Assembly (NCBI GenBank): GCA_035221665.1
Contig: CM069148.1
Coordinates: 49,848,001-49,912,000 of the forward strand
DNA from: Okamejei kenojei
Lineage: Eukaryota
Reading direction: 5' to 3'
Length of the DNA stretch: 64,000 nucleotides
Under the pieces are notes generated by a model that did no database searches, was not told where the DNA came from, and was given only the letters and a program-made list of their open reading frames with translations. The position numbers and the translations under genes are program-made. Shown one piece after another: positions 12,241 through 23,364 of the stretch (positions within the stretch are counted from its first letter, which is position 1; each line of letters begins with the position of its first letter).

Positions 12241-15200
12241 TCAAATCTGCAATTTGAGAAGGAGAACATTAAATCGGAAGTGGCAGTGATGCAGTTGAAC
12301 AAAGGGGACAATAAAGGCATGAGAGGGGACCTGGCCAAAGTAGACAGGAAAGGGATCCTAGCAGGAATGACGGTGGAACAGCAATGGCAGGAATTTCTGG
12401 GCATAATCCAGAAGACGCAGGATCAGAAAAGATGTATAACACAGCAAACAGTAGCTGGAAGCCAGAGTATTGGGTAACTTTCATAGGACAACAGAAGGAA
12501 ACAAAGCGGGCTGAAAAGATGAAGTATGAGGGGAAACTGGCCAGGAATATAAAGGAAAGTAAAAGCTTCTTTAGATATGTTAAGGGAAAAAGAGTAGCAA
12601 AGTCAAGTGTGGGTCCCTTGAAGGCAGACACGGGTGAAATTATTATGGGCAACAAGGAAATGGCAGAAGAGTTGAATACAGTGGCTTGCAAAAGTATTCA
12701 TACCCCTTGAACTTTTCCAAATTTTGTCACATTACAACCACAAATGTAAATGTATTTTATTGGGATTTTATGTGATAGACCAACACAAAGTGGTGCATAA
12801 TTGTGAAGAGGAAGGAAAATGATACATGGTTTCCAAATTTTATTACAAATAAAAATCTGAAAAGTGTGGCGTGCAAAAGTATTCATCCCCCCTGAGTCAA
12901 TACTTTGTAGAACCTCCTTTCGCTGCAATTACAGCTGCAAGTCTTTTGGGGTATGTCTCTGCCAGATTTGCACATCTAGAGACTGAAATATTTGCCCATT
13001 CTTCTTTGCAAATAGCTCAAGCTCAGTCAGATTGTATGGAGAGCGTCTGTGAACAGCAATTTTCAAGTCTTGCCAGAGATTCTCTATTGGATTTAGGTCT
13101 GGACTTTGACTGGGTAATTCTAACACATGAATATGCTTCGATCTAAACCATTCCATTGTAGTCTGGCTGTATATTTAGGGTTGTTGTCCTGCTGGAAGGT
13201 GAACCCCGCCCCAGTGTCAAGTCTTTTGCAGACTCTAACAGGTTTTCTTCCAAGATTGCCCTGTATTTGGCTCCATCCATCTTCCCATCAACTCTGACCA
13301 GCTTCCCTGTCCCTGCTGAAGAAAAGCATCCCCACAGCATGATGCTGCCACCACCATGTTTCACAGTGGGGATGGTGTGTTCAGGATGATGTGCAGTGTT
13401 AGTTTTCCGCCACACATAGCGTTTTGCATTTAGGCCAAAAACTTCAATTTTGGTCTCATGAGACCAGAGCACCTTCCTCCACATGTTTGCTGTGTCCCCC
13501 ACATGACTTGTGGCAAACTGCAAACGGGACTTCTTATCGCTTTGTTTCAACAATGGCTTTCTTCTTGCCACTCTGCCATAAAGGCCCGATTTGTGGAGTG
13601 CACGACTAATAGTTGTCCCGTGGACAGATTCTCCCACCTGAGCTGTGGATCCCTGCAGCTCCTCCAGAGTTACCATGGGCTTCTTGGCTGCTTCTCTGAT
13701 CAATGCTCTCCTTGCCCGGCCTGTCAGTTTAGGTGGATGGCCATGTCTTAGTAGGTCTGCAGTTGTGCCATACTCTTTCCATTCTCAGATGATGGATTGA
13801 ACAGTGCTCCGTGAGATGTTCAAAGCATGGGATATTTTTTTATAACCTAACCCTGCTTTATACTTCTCCACAACTTTATCCCTGACCTGTCTGGTGTGTT
13901 CCTTGGGCTTCATGATGCTGTTTGTTCACTAATGTTCTCCAACAAACCTCTGAGGCCTTCACAGAACAGCTGCATTTATACTGAGATTAGATTACACACA
14001 AGTGGACTCTATTTACTAATTAGGTGACTTCTGAAGGCAATTTGTTGCACTGGATTTTATTTAGGGGTATCAGAGTAAAGGGGGCTGAATACTTTTGCAC
14101 GCCACATTTTCAGTTTTTTATTTGTAAAAAAATTTGAAAACCATGTATCATGTTCCTTCCACTTTAAAATTATGCACCACTTTATGTTGGTCTATCACAT
14201 AAAATCCCAATAAAATACATTTACGTTTGTGGTTGTAACGTGACAAAATGTGGAAAAATTCAAAGGGTATGAATACTATTGCAAGCCACTGTAGGTGCTT
14301 CGGATCTTTCTTCACTAAGGAAGACACAAACAATCTCCCAGATGTACTGGAGGATCTAAGGAGGTAGAGGAACTGAAAGACATTTTCATTAGGCGAGAAA
14401 TAGTATTGGGCAGGCTAATGGGACTGAAGGGTGACAAATCCCCTGGGCCTGATGGTCTGCATCCCAGGGTCCTCAGGGAGGAGGCTCTAGAAATAGTGGA
14501 CACATTGGTGATCATTTTCCAATGTTCAATCGATTCAGGATCAGTTGCTGTGGATTGGAGGATAGCTAATGTTATCCCACTTTTCAAGAAAGGAGTGAGA
14601 GAGAAAACTGGGAATTACAGACCAGTTAGCCTGACTTCGGTGGTGGGAAAGATGCTGGAGTCAATTATTAAAGAGGTAATAATGGGGCATTTGGATAGCA
14701 GTAAAAGGATTAGTCCAAGTCAATATGGATTTATGAAAGGGAAATCATGCTTGACTAATCTTCTGGAATTTGTTGAGGATGTGACAAGTAAAATGAATGA
14801 AGGGATGCCAGTGGATGTAGTGTATCTAGACTGTCAGAAAGCCTTTGATAAGGTCCCGCACGGGAGACTGGTGACTAAAATTAGAGCACATGGTATTGGG
14901 GGTAGGGTGTTGACATGGATAGAAAATTGGTTGGCAGACCAGAAGCAAAGAGTAGGAGTGAACGGGTCCTTTTCAGAATGGCAGGCAGTGGCGAGTGGAG
15001 TGCCGCAAGGCTCGGTGTTGGGGCCGCAACTGTTTATCATATATATTAATGATTTGGAAGAGGGAATTAGGGAGCAACGCTAGCAAGTTTGCAGATGACA
15101 CAAAGCTGGGTGGCAGTGTGAACTGTGAAGGGGATGTTAGGAGGTAGCAGGGTGACCTGGACAGGATGTGTGAGTGGGCAGATGCGTGGCAGATACAGTA

Positions 15201-16013
15201 TAATATAGATAAATGTGAGGTTATCCACTTTGGCGGCAAAAACAAGGGGGCAGATTATTATCTCAATGGGGTTAGGTTAGGTAAGGGGGAGGTACAGCGA
15301 GACCTGGGTGTCCTTGTACACCGGTCACTGAAAGTTGGCGTGCAGGTCCAGCAGGCAGTGAAGAAAGCTAATGGAATGTTGATAACAAGAGGATTTCAGT
15401 ACAGGAGTAAAGAGGTTCTTCTGCAGTTGTATAGGGCTCTGGTGAGACCACATCTGGAGTATTGTGTACTGTTTTGGTCTCCTAATTTGAGGAAGGACAT
15501 CCTTGTGATTGGGGTAGTGCAGCGTAGGCTCACAAGATTGATCTCTGGGATGGCGGGACTGTCATATGAGGAAAGATTGAAAAGACTAGGCTCGTATGCA
15601 CTGGAGTTTAGAAGGATGAGGGGGAAATCTTATAGAAACATATAAAATTATAAAAGGACTGTACAAGCTAGATGCAGAAAAAATGTTTGCAATGTTGGGC
15701 GAGTCCAGAACCAGGGACCACAGTCTTAGAATAAAGGGGAGGTCATTTAAGACTGAGGTGAGAAAAAACTTTTTCACCCAGAGAGTTGTGAATTTATCGA
15801 ATTCCCTGCCACAGATGGCAGTGGAGGCCAAATCACTGGATGAATTTAAGAGAGAGTTAGATCTAGCCCTTGGGGCTAGTGGAGTCAAGGGATATGGGGA
15901 GAAGGCAAGCACGGGTTATTGATAGGGGACGATCAGCCATGATCACAATGAATGGCGGTGCTGGCTCGAAGGGCAGAATGGCCTCCTCCTGCACCTATTT
16001 TCTATGTTTCTAT
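12241..16013 (+). mobile_element. CR1-type LINE, subfamily B, interrupted by Tc1
   Basis: RT fragments at 14406-15922. Sequence is continuous across the Tc1 TA site (gttgaata|ggtgcttcgg). ctatgttt tail. Confidence 0.95.
12679..14291 (-). mobile_element. Full-length Tc1-family transposon (~1.6 kb) with an inactivated transposase
   Basis: TA target duplication at 12677-78 and 14292-93, and long inverted repeats starting cagtggcttgcaa. Transposase motifs GRVARRKP, KHGGGSIMLWG and SPDLNPIEN are present. The first catalytic Asp is changed (WSHETK) and there is a frameshift. Confidence 0.95.
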
Positions 16014-16141
16014 GCCGCCTGACCCACTGAGTTCCTCCAGCACTTTGTGTTTTGGAAACATTTGGATCATGTGTAATGATCTAAATTTCTATTTGAAGCA
16101 AACATTCAAAAGGCGGTAACTATTGAAATGAAGACTTTTAC

Positions 16142-16186
16142 CTTCATCGACTTCTTCATTGACAACATTTTCTACTTTGCCATTAT
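16142..16186 (-). CDS. Microexon m8 (45 nt): DNGKVENVVNEEVDE (Tyr lost)
   Basis: tttttattcttcag acceptor, G|gtaaaag donor, 45 nt, phase 1-1. The most diverged full-length copy, yet frame and splice sites are kept. Confidence 0.8.
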
Positions 16187-16535
16187 CTGAAGAATAAAAA
16201 TGAGCTGAATTAGTCAAATTAAATTGGCACTTACAAAGTCAGAGTATTAAAGACTTGGGCAGGAACATGGATAGGATTGGTTTAGAGGGATATGGGCCAA
16301 TCGCGGGCAGGTGGGACTAGCTTAGATGGGGCACCTTGGTTAACAAGGGCAAGTTGGGCCGAAGGGCCTATTTCCGTGATCTATGACTATGATTGTTTCA
16401 CCCAAGCAGAACAACAGAACATCCAAAATGATCTATTCTCAACATCTGTAAAAAAAACCCAAATTTATTCAACATGAAACTTTATTGTGAAAGAGACAAT
16501 CAAATAAATCCAGTGTAAAGTTTGAAAAGATAACG

Positions 16536-16796
16536 GGGGGCGCAGCGGTAGAGTTCCTGCCTCACAGCACCAGAGACCCGGGCTCATCCTGACCACGGGT
16601 GCTGTCTGTGTGGAGTTTGGACATTCCCGGTTTCTTCCCCCACTGCAGAGATGCAGATTTGGAGGTTAACTGGCATCAATAAAAATTATAAATTGTCCCT
16701 GGAGTATTGGATAGTGTTAGTGTGTGTGATCGTTGGTCGGTGCTGACTTGGTGGGTCCAAAGGGCCTGTTTCTGACCGCTATCTCTAAACTAAACA
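16536..16796 (+). mobile_element. V-SINE belonging to the microexon repeat unit (paralogs at ~21407-21700, 23128-23255, 32820-33118, 34552-34680, 44417-44718, 50066-50348)
   Basis: Head ggcgcagcggtagag...ccagagacccggg, core ctgtgtggagtttg, tail ctctaaactaaac. Confidence 0.8.
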
Positions 16797-16808
16797 TTCT
16801 TTCCAGAT

Positions 16809-19800
16809 ATGACATTGTGGGGATTACTGAGACGTGGTTGCAGTTGCCCGGATGTAGGGTGTAAGTTGCAACAAGAGTTAAAACTGGCATGTAACAAAGG
16901 TAATGCCACTGTGGTGATGGCGGATTTCAATATGCAGGTAGACTGCTAAAATCAGGTTGGCTCAGGACCCCAAGAAATAAAGTTTGTAGAATGCCTCCGA
17001 GATGGATTCTGAGAGCAGCTTGTAATGGAGCCGACCTGAGAAAAGGCAATTCTGGATTTAGTGTTGTCCAATGAACCAGATATGATAAGAGAACTCGAGG
17101 TAAAGGAACCGCTTGGAGGTAGTGATCATAATATGATTAGTGTTAATCTGCAATTTGAGAAGGAGAAGGTAAAATCGGAAGTGGCAGTGATGCAGTTGAA
17201 CAAAGGGGACTATGAAGGCATGAGAGGGGAGCTGGCCAAAGTAGACTGGAAAGGGGTCCTAGCAGGAATGATGGTGGAACAGCAATGGCAGCAATTTCTG
17301 GGCATAATCCGGAATCATTTCATTCAAAAAAGGAAGAAAGATTCTAAGGGGAGTAGGAGTCAACTGTGGCTGACAAGAGAAGTTAGGGATAGAATAAAAC
17401 TAAAAGAAAAGATGTATAACACAGCAAAGAGTGGCCGGAAGGCAGAGGATTGGGAAACTTTCATAGGACAACAGAAGGAAACAAAGCGGGCTGAAAAGAT
17501 GAAGTACAAGGGGAAGCTGGCCAGGAATATAAAGGACAGTAAAAGCTTCTTTAGATATGTTAAGGGAAAAAGAGTAGAAAAGTCAAATGTGGGTCCCTTG
17601 AAGGCAGACATGGGTTAAATTATTATAGGCAACAAGGAAATGGCAGAAGAGCTGAATAGGTACTTCGGATCCATCTTCACTAAGGAAGACACAGACAATC
17701 TCCCAGGGCTCGTCTAGGGAGGCTATTTGGGTGGAACTGAGAAGTGGGAACGGTGTAGCAACACTTTTAGGGGTGTATTATAGACTGCCAAATGGGGAGC
17801 GAGAATTGGAAGAGCAAATATGTAAGGAGATAGCAGATATTAGTAGTAAGCACAAGGTAGTGATTGTGGGAGATTTCAATTTTCCAAAAATAGACTGGGA
17901 AACACATTCTGTAAATGGGCTGGATGGTTTGGAGTTTGTAAAATGTATGCAGGATAGTTTTTTGCAGCATACATAGAGGTATCGACCAGAGAAGGGGCAG
18001 TGCTGGACCTCCTGTTAGGAAATGAGGCAGGTCAGGTGACGGAGGTATGCGTTGGTGAGCACTTCGGGACCAGTGATCACAATACCATTAGTTTCATATA
18101 ATTATGGAGAGAGAGTCAGCACTGGACCTAGGGTAGAGATTTTTGATTGGAGAAGGCTAACTTGAGGGAATGCGTAAGGATTTTAAAGGAGTGAATTGGG
18201 ACACTTTGTTTCATGGAAGGATGTAGAAGAGAAATGGAGGACATTTAAAGGGAAAATTGTAAGAGTACAGAATCTTTATGTCCCTGTTAGGTTGAAAGGA
18301 AATAGTAAAAAATTGGAAAGAGCCATGGTTTTTTCAAGGGAAATTGGACACTTGTTTCGAAAAAAGAGAGATATCTACAATAATTATAGGAGGCATGGAG
18401 TAAATGAGGTGCTAGAGGAGTATAAAGAATGTAAAAAGAATCTTAAGAAAGAAATTAGGAAGGCTAAAAGAAGATATGAGGTTGCTTTGGCAAGAAAGGT
18501 GAAAGTAAACCCAAAGGGTTTCTACACTATATTAATAGCAAAAGGATAACGAGGGATAAAATTGGACCATTAGAGAGCCAGAATGGACAGCTATTTGCAG
18601 AGCCAAAAGAGATAGGGGAGATATTGAACAATTTCTTTTCTTCGGTATTCACCAAGGAGAAGGATATTGAACTCTATGAGGTAAGGGAAAAAAGTAGAGT
18701 AGCTATGGAAACTATGAGATTCAAAGTGGAGGAAGTTCAATTGTTTAAAAAGGGTTCAAAGAATAAACCTAGCAATTATAGACCTGTTAGTTTGACGTCA
18801 GTGGTGGGCAAATTAATGGAAAGGATACTTAGAGATAATATATTTAAGCATCTGGATAAACAGGGTCTGATCAGGAACAGTCAACATGGATTTGTGCCTG
18901 GAAGGTCATGTTTGACAAACCTTCTTGAATTTTTTGAAGAGGTTACTAGGGAAATTGATGAGGGTAAAGCAGTGGATGTTTGTCTATATGGATTTCAGTA
19001 AGGCCTTTGATGAGTAATGGTGGATGGGCTGTTTGTCAGGTTGGAAGCCGGTGACCAGTGGGGTGCCTCAGGGATCTGTGTTGGGTCCACTGTTGTTTTG
19101 TCATGTACATCAATGATCTGGATGATGGGTGTGGAAAATTGGATAAGTAAGTATGCAGATGATATTAAGATAGGTGGTGTTGTGGATAATGAAGTAGATT
19201 TTCAAAATCCACAGAGAGATTTGGGCCATTTGGAAAAGTGGGCTGAAAGATGGCAGATGGAGTTTAATGCTGTTAAGTGTGAAGTGCTACATCTTGGCAG
19301 GATAAATCAAAATAGGATGTACTTGGTAAATGGTAGGGAATTGAGGAATGCTGTGGAACAGAGGGATCTAGGAATAACTGTGCATAGTTCCCTGAAGGTG
19401 GAATCACATGTAGATAGGGTGGTAAAGAAAGCTTTTGGTGTGCTGGCCTTTATAAATCAGAGCATTGAATATAGGAGTAGGGAAGTAATGTTAAAATTGT
19501 ACAAGGCATTGGTAAGACCAATTCTGGAGTATGGTGTACAATTTTGGTCGCCTAATTATAGGAAGGATGTCAACAAAATAGAGCGAGTACAGAGGAGATT
19601 TACTAGAATGTTGCCTGGGTTCCAGCAACTAAGTTACAGAGAAAGGTTGAACAAGTTAGGTCTTTATTCTTTGGAGCGCAGAAGGTTAAGGGGAGACTTG
19701 ATTGAGGTCTTTAAAATGATACAAAGGGATAGACAGAGTTGACGTGGATAAGCTTTTCCCATTGAGGGTAGGGAAGATTCAAACAAGAGGGCATGACATG

Positions 19801-20920
19801 AAAATTAATGGACAGAAGTTTAGGGGTAACATGAGGGGAAACTTCTTTACTCAGAGAGTGGTGGCTGTGTGAAATGAGCTTCCAGGAGAAGTGGTGGAGG
19901 CAGGATCGATTTTAACATTTAAAAGTTAAGTAGATAGGTATCATATGGACGGGAAGGGAATGGAGGGGTATGGTCTGATGGCAGGTAGATGGGACTAGGG
20001 GAAAATAAATGGTCGGTACGGACTGGAAGGGCTGTAATTGTTATATGGTTATGGGTGGCAGTGTGAACTGGGAAGAGGATGTTAGTAGGTTGCAGGCAGA
20101 CCTGGACAGGTTGAGTGAGTGGGCAGATGCGTGGCAGATGCAGTATAATATAGATAAATGTGAGGTTATCCACTTTGGAGGCAAAAACAAGGGGGCAGAT
20201 TACTATCTCAATGGGGTTAGGTTAGGTAAGGGGGAGCTACAGCGAGACCTGGGTGTCCTTGTACACCGGTCACTGAAAGTTGGCGTGCAGGTACAGCAGG
20301 CAATGAAGAAAGCTAATGGAATGTTGGCTTCTTAACAAGAGGATTTCAGTATAGGAGTAAAGAGGTTCTTCTGCAGTTGTATAGGGCTCTGGTGAGACCA
20401 CATCTGGAGAATTGTGTACAGTTTTGGTCTCCTAATTTGAGGAAGGACGTCCTTGTGATTGAGGCAGTGCAGTGTAGGTTCACAAGATTGAACCCTGGGA
20501 TGGCGAGACTGTCATATGAGGAAAGATTGAAAAGACTCGGCTTGTATTCACTGGAGTTTAGAAGGATGAGGGGGGATCTTATTGAAACATATAAAATTAT
20601 AAAAAGACTGGACAAGCTAGCTGAAGGAAAAATGTTCCCAATGTTGGGCGAGTCCAGAACCAGGGGACACAGTCTCAGTCATTTAAGACTGAGGAGAGAA
20701 AAAACTTTTTCACCCAGAGAGTTGTGAATTTATGGAAATTCCCTGCCACAGAGAGCAGTGGAGGCCAAATCACTGGATGGATTTAAGAGAGTTAGATAGA
20801 GCTCTAGGGGCTAGTGGAGTCAAGGGATATGGGGAGAAGGCAGGCACGGGTTATCGATAGAGGTCGATCAGCCATGATCACAATGAATGGCCTCCTCCTG
20901 CACCTATTTTCTATGTCTAT
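16809..20920 (+). mobile_element. Nested CR1 complex: subfamily B endonuclease part (16809-17708), subfamily A (17709-20052), subfamily B 3' part (20053-20920)
   Basis: ORF2 fragments (SDHN, GDFN, YADD), A tail at ~20040 and B tail at ~20910. Confidence 0.9.
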
Positions 20921-20995
20921 GATGTGTAATGATCTAAATTTCTATTTGAAGCAAACATTCAAAAGACAGTAACTATTGGAAATGAAAACTTTTAC

Positions 20996-21040
20996 CTTCA
21001 TCGACTTCTTCATTGACATCATTTACTATTTTGCCATAAT
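20996..21040 (-). CDS. Microexon m7 (45 nt): DYGKIVNDVNEEVDE
   Basis: ttattattctgcag acceptor, G|gtaaaag donor, 45 nt, phase 1-1. Confidence 0.8.
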
Positions 21041-21842
21041 CTGCAGAATAATAAGAGTTTAAACCTGACATTAGTCAAATCAAATTGCCACTTCCAAAGT
21101 CAGAGTATTAAACACTTGGGCAGGAACATGGATAGGATAGGTTTAGAGAGATATGGGCCGATCGTGGGCAGGTGGGACTAGTTTAGATGGGGCACCTTGG
21201 TTGACAAGGGCAAGTTGGGCCGAAGGGCCTTTTTCCGTGATCTTTGACCATTACTAAGTGTCTCACCAAGCAGATTTTCAACAGCTGAACATCCAAAATC
21301 ATCTATTGCCAACATCAGTAACAAATATAACTAGTTTATTCAACATGAAACTTTGTTGTGAAAGAAATAATCAAATAAATCTGGTGTAATGTTTGAAGAG
21401 ATAACGGGCGGCACAGTGGCGCAGCGGTAGAGTTGCTGCCTCACAGCACCAGAGACCCGGGCTCGATCCTGACCACGGGTGCTGTCGGTGTGGCGTTTCA
21501 ACGTTCCCCCTGTGACCACGTGGGGTTTCTCCGGATACCTCCCACACTCCAAAGACGTGCAGATTTTGAGGTTAATTGGCATTGGTAAAAATTATAAATT
21601 GTCCCTGGAGTATTGGATAGTGTTAGTGTGTGTGATCGTTGGTCGGTGCGGACTCGGTGGGCTAAAGGGCCCGTTTCTGAGCTCTATCTCTAAACTAAAC
21701 ATTCCCTCCAGATGCAGCCTGACCCACCGAGTTTCTCCAGCACTTTGTGTTTTGAAAACATTTGGATCATGTGTAATGATCTAACTTTCTACTTGAAGCA
21801 AACATTCAAAATACAGTAACTATTAGAAATGAAGACTTTTAC

Positions 21843-21887
21843 CTTTATCGACATTTTCATTGACATCATTTTCTATTTTACCATAAT
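21843..21887 (-). CDS. Microexon m6 (45 nt): DYGKIENDVNENVDK
   Basis: ttttattctgcag acceptor, G|gtaaaag donor, 45 nt, phase 1-1. Confidence 0.8.
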
Positions 21888-21920
21888 CTGCAGAATAAAA
21901 AAGAGCTTAATTAAACCTGA

Positions 21921-22789
21921 TGTTTGAGGAGGAACTGCAGATGCTGGAAAAACCGAAGGTAGACAAAAATGCTGGAGAAACTCAGCGGGTGAGGCTGCAT
22001 CTGTGGAGCGAAGGAATAGGGAACGTTTTGGTCAAGACCCTTCTTCACACTGATGTGGGGGGGTGGGGCGGGAAAATGAAGAGGCGGAGAGAGTAGGCTG
22101 TGGGAGAGCTGTGAAGGGGAGGGGAAGGAGGGCGAAAGCAAGGACTACCTGAACCAATTCACTGGTCAATTCGTCCCTTCCCACCCAAATCACCTCCCTC
22201 CTCTGGTACTTTCCCTTGCCACCACAGGAAATGCTACACATGTCGCTTTACCTCTCCCCCTCGACTCCATCCAAGGACCCAAGCAGTCTTTCCAGCTGAG
22301 GCAGAGGTTCACCTGCACCGCCTCCAACCTCATCTATTGCATCCGCTGTTTCAGGTGTCAACTACTCTATATCGGTGAGAGCAAGCGCAGGCTTGTCGAT
22401 CGCTTCGCCCAACACCTCCACTCAGTTCGCAATAACCAACCTGATATCCCGGTGGCTCAGCACTTCAACTCCCCCTCCCATTCCGAATACGACTTTTCTG
22501 TCCTGGGCCTCCTCCATGGCCAGAGAGAATTGGAGGAGCAGCACCTCATATTTCGCTTGGGTAGTTTACACCCCAGCGGTATGAACATTGACTTCTCCAA
22601 TTTTGGGTAGTCCTTGCTTTCACCCTCCTTCCCCTCCCAGCTGTCTCCACCTCTTCCTTTTTTTTCCCGCCACACACCCCCCCCCCCCCACATTTGTCTG
22701 AAGAAGGGTCTCGACCCGAAACGTCGCCTATTCATTCGCTCCATAGATGCTGCCTCACCCGCTGAGTTTCTCCAGCATTTTTGTCTCCC
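21921..22789 (+). mobile_element. Penelope-like element remnant with inverted terminal repeats and GIY-YIG fragment (paralogs ~33336-34213, ~44940-45840)
   Basis: 15-bp flanking duplication cttaattaaacctga at 21906-21920 and 22790-22804. Translates to FTCTASNLIYCIRC..C.LLYIGE..R.L..RF.QH. The two ends are inverted copies. Confidence 0.85.
22698..22725 (+). ncRNA. Minimal hammerhead ribozyme motif of a Penelope terminal repeat (identical cores at ~34119-34146 and ~45749-45776)
   Basis: CTGAAGA, stem II gggtc-tc-gaccc, GAAAC-GTC with palindromic ACGT as helix III. This matches the known minimal HHR form of Penelope-like elements. Confidence 0.7.
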
Positions 22790-23364
22790 CTTAATTAAAC
22801 CTGACATTAGTCAAATCAAATTGCCACTTCCAAAGTCAAAGTATTAAACACTTGGGTAGAAACATGGATAGGATAGGTTTAGAGGGATATGGGCCAATCG
22901 TGGGCAAGTGGGACTAGTTTAGATGGGGCACCCTGGTCGACAAGGGCAATTTGGGCCGAAGGGCCTTTTTCCATGATCTATGTCTCACCAAGCAGATTTT
23001 AAACAACTGAACATCCAAAATCATCTATTGTCAACATCAGTAACAAATATATCTAGTTTATTCAACATGAAACTTTGTTGTGAAAGTAATAATCAAATAA
23101 ATCTGGTGTAATGTTTGAAGAGCTAACGGGCAGCACAGTGGCGCAGCGGTAGAGTTGCTGCCTCACAGCACCAGAGACCCGGGCTCGATCCTGACCACTG
23201 TGGCTGTCTGTGTGGAGTTTGGACGATCCCCGTGACCACGCGGGGTTTCTCCGGAGTGCCGCAAAGCTCGGTGTTGGGGCCGCAACTGTTTACCATATAT
23301 ATTAATGATTTGGAAGAGGGAATTGGGAGCAACACTAGCATGTTTGCGGATGACACAGAGCTGG

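Noticed and set aside
21407-21480. tRNA genes
   Set aside because: The tRNA-like A/B boxes are SINE heads followed by the V-SINE core and a LINE-derived tail.
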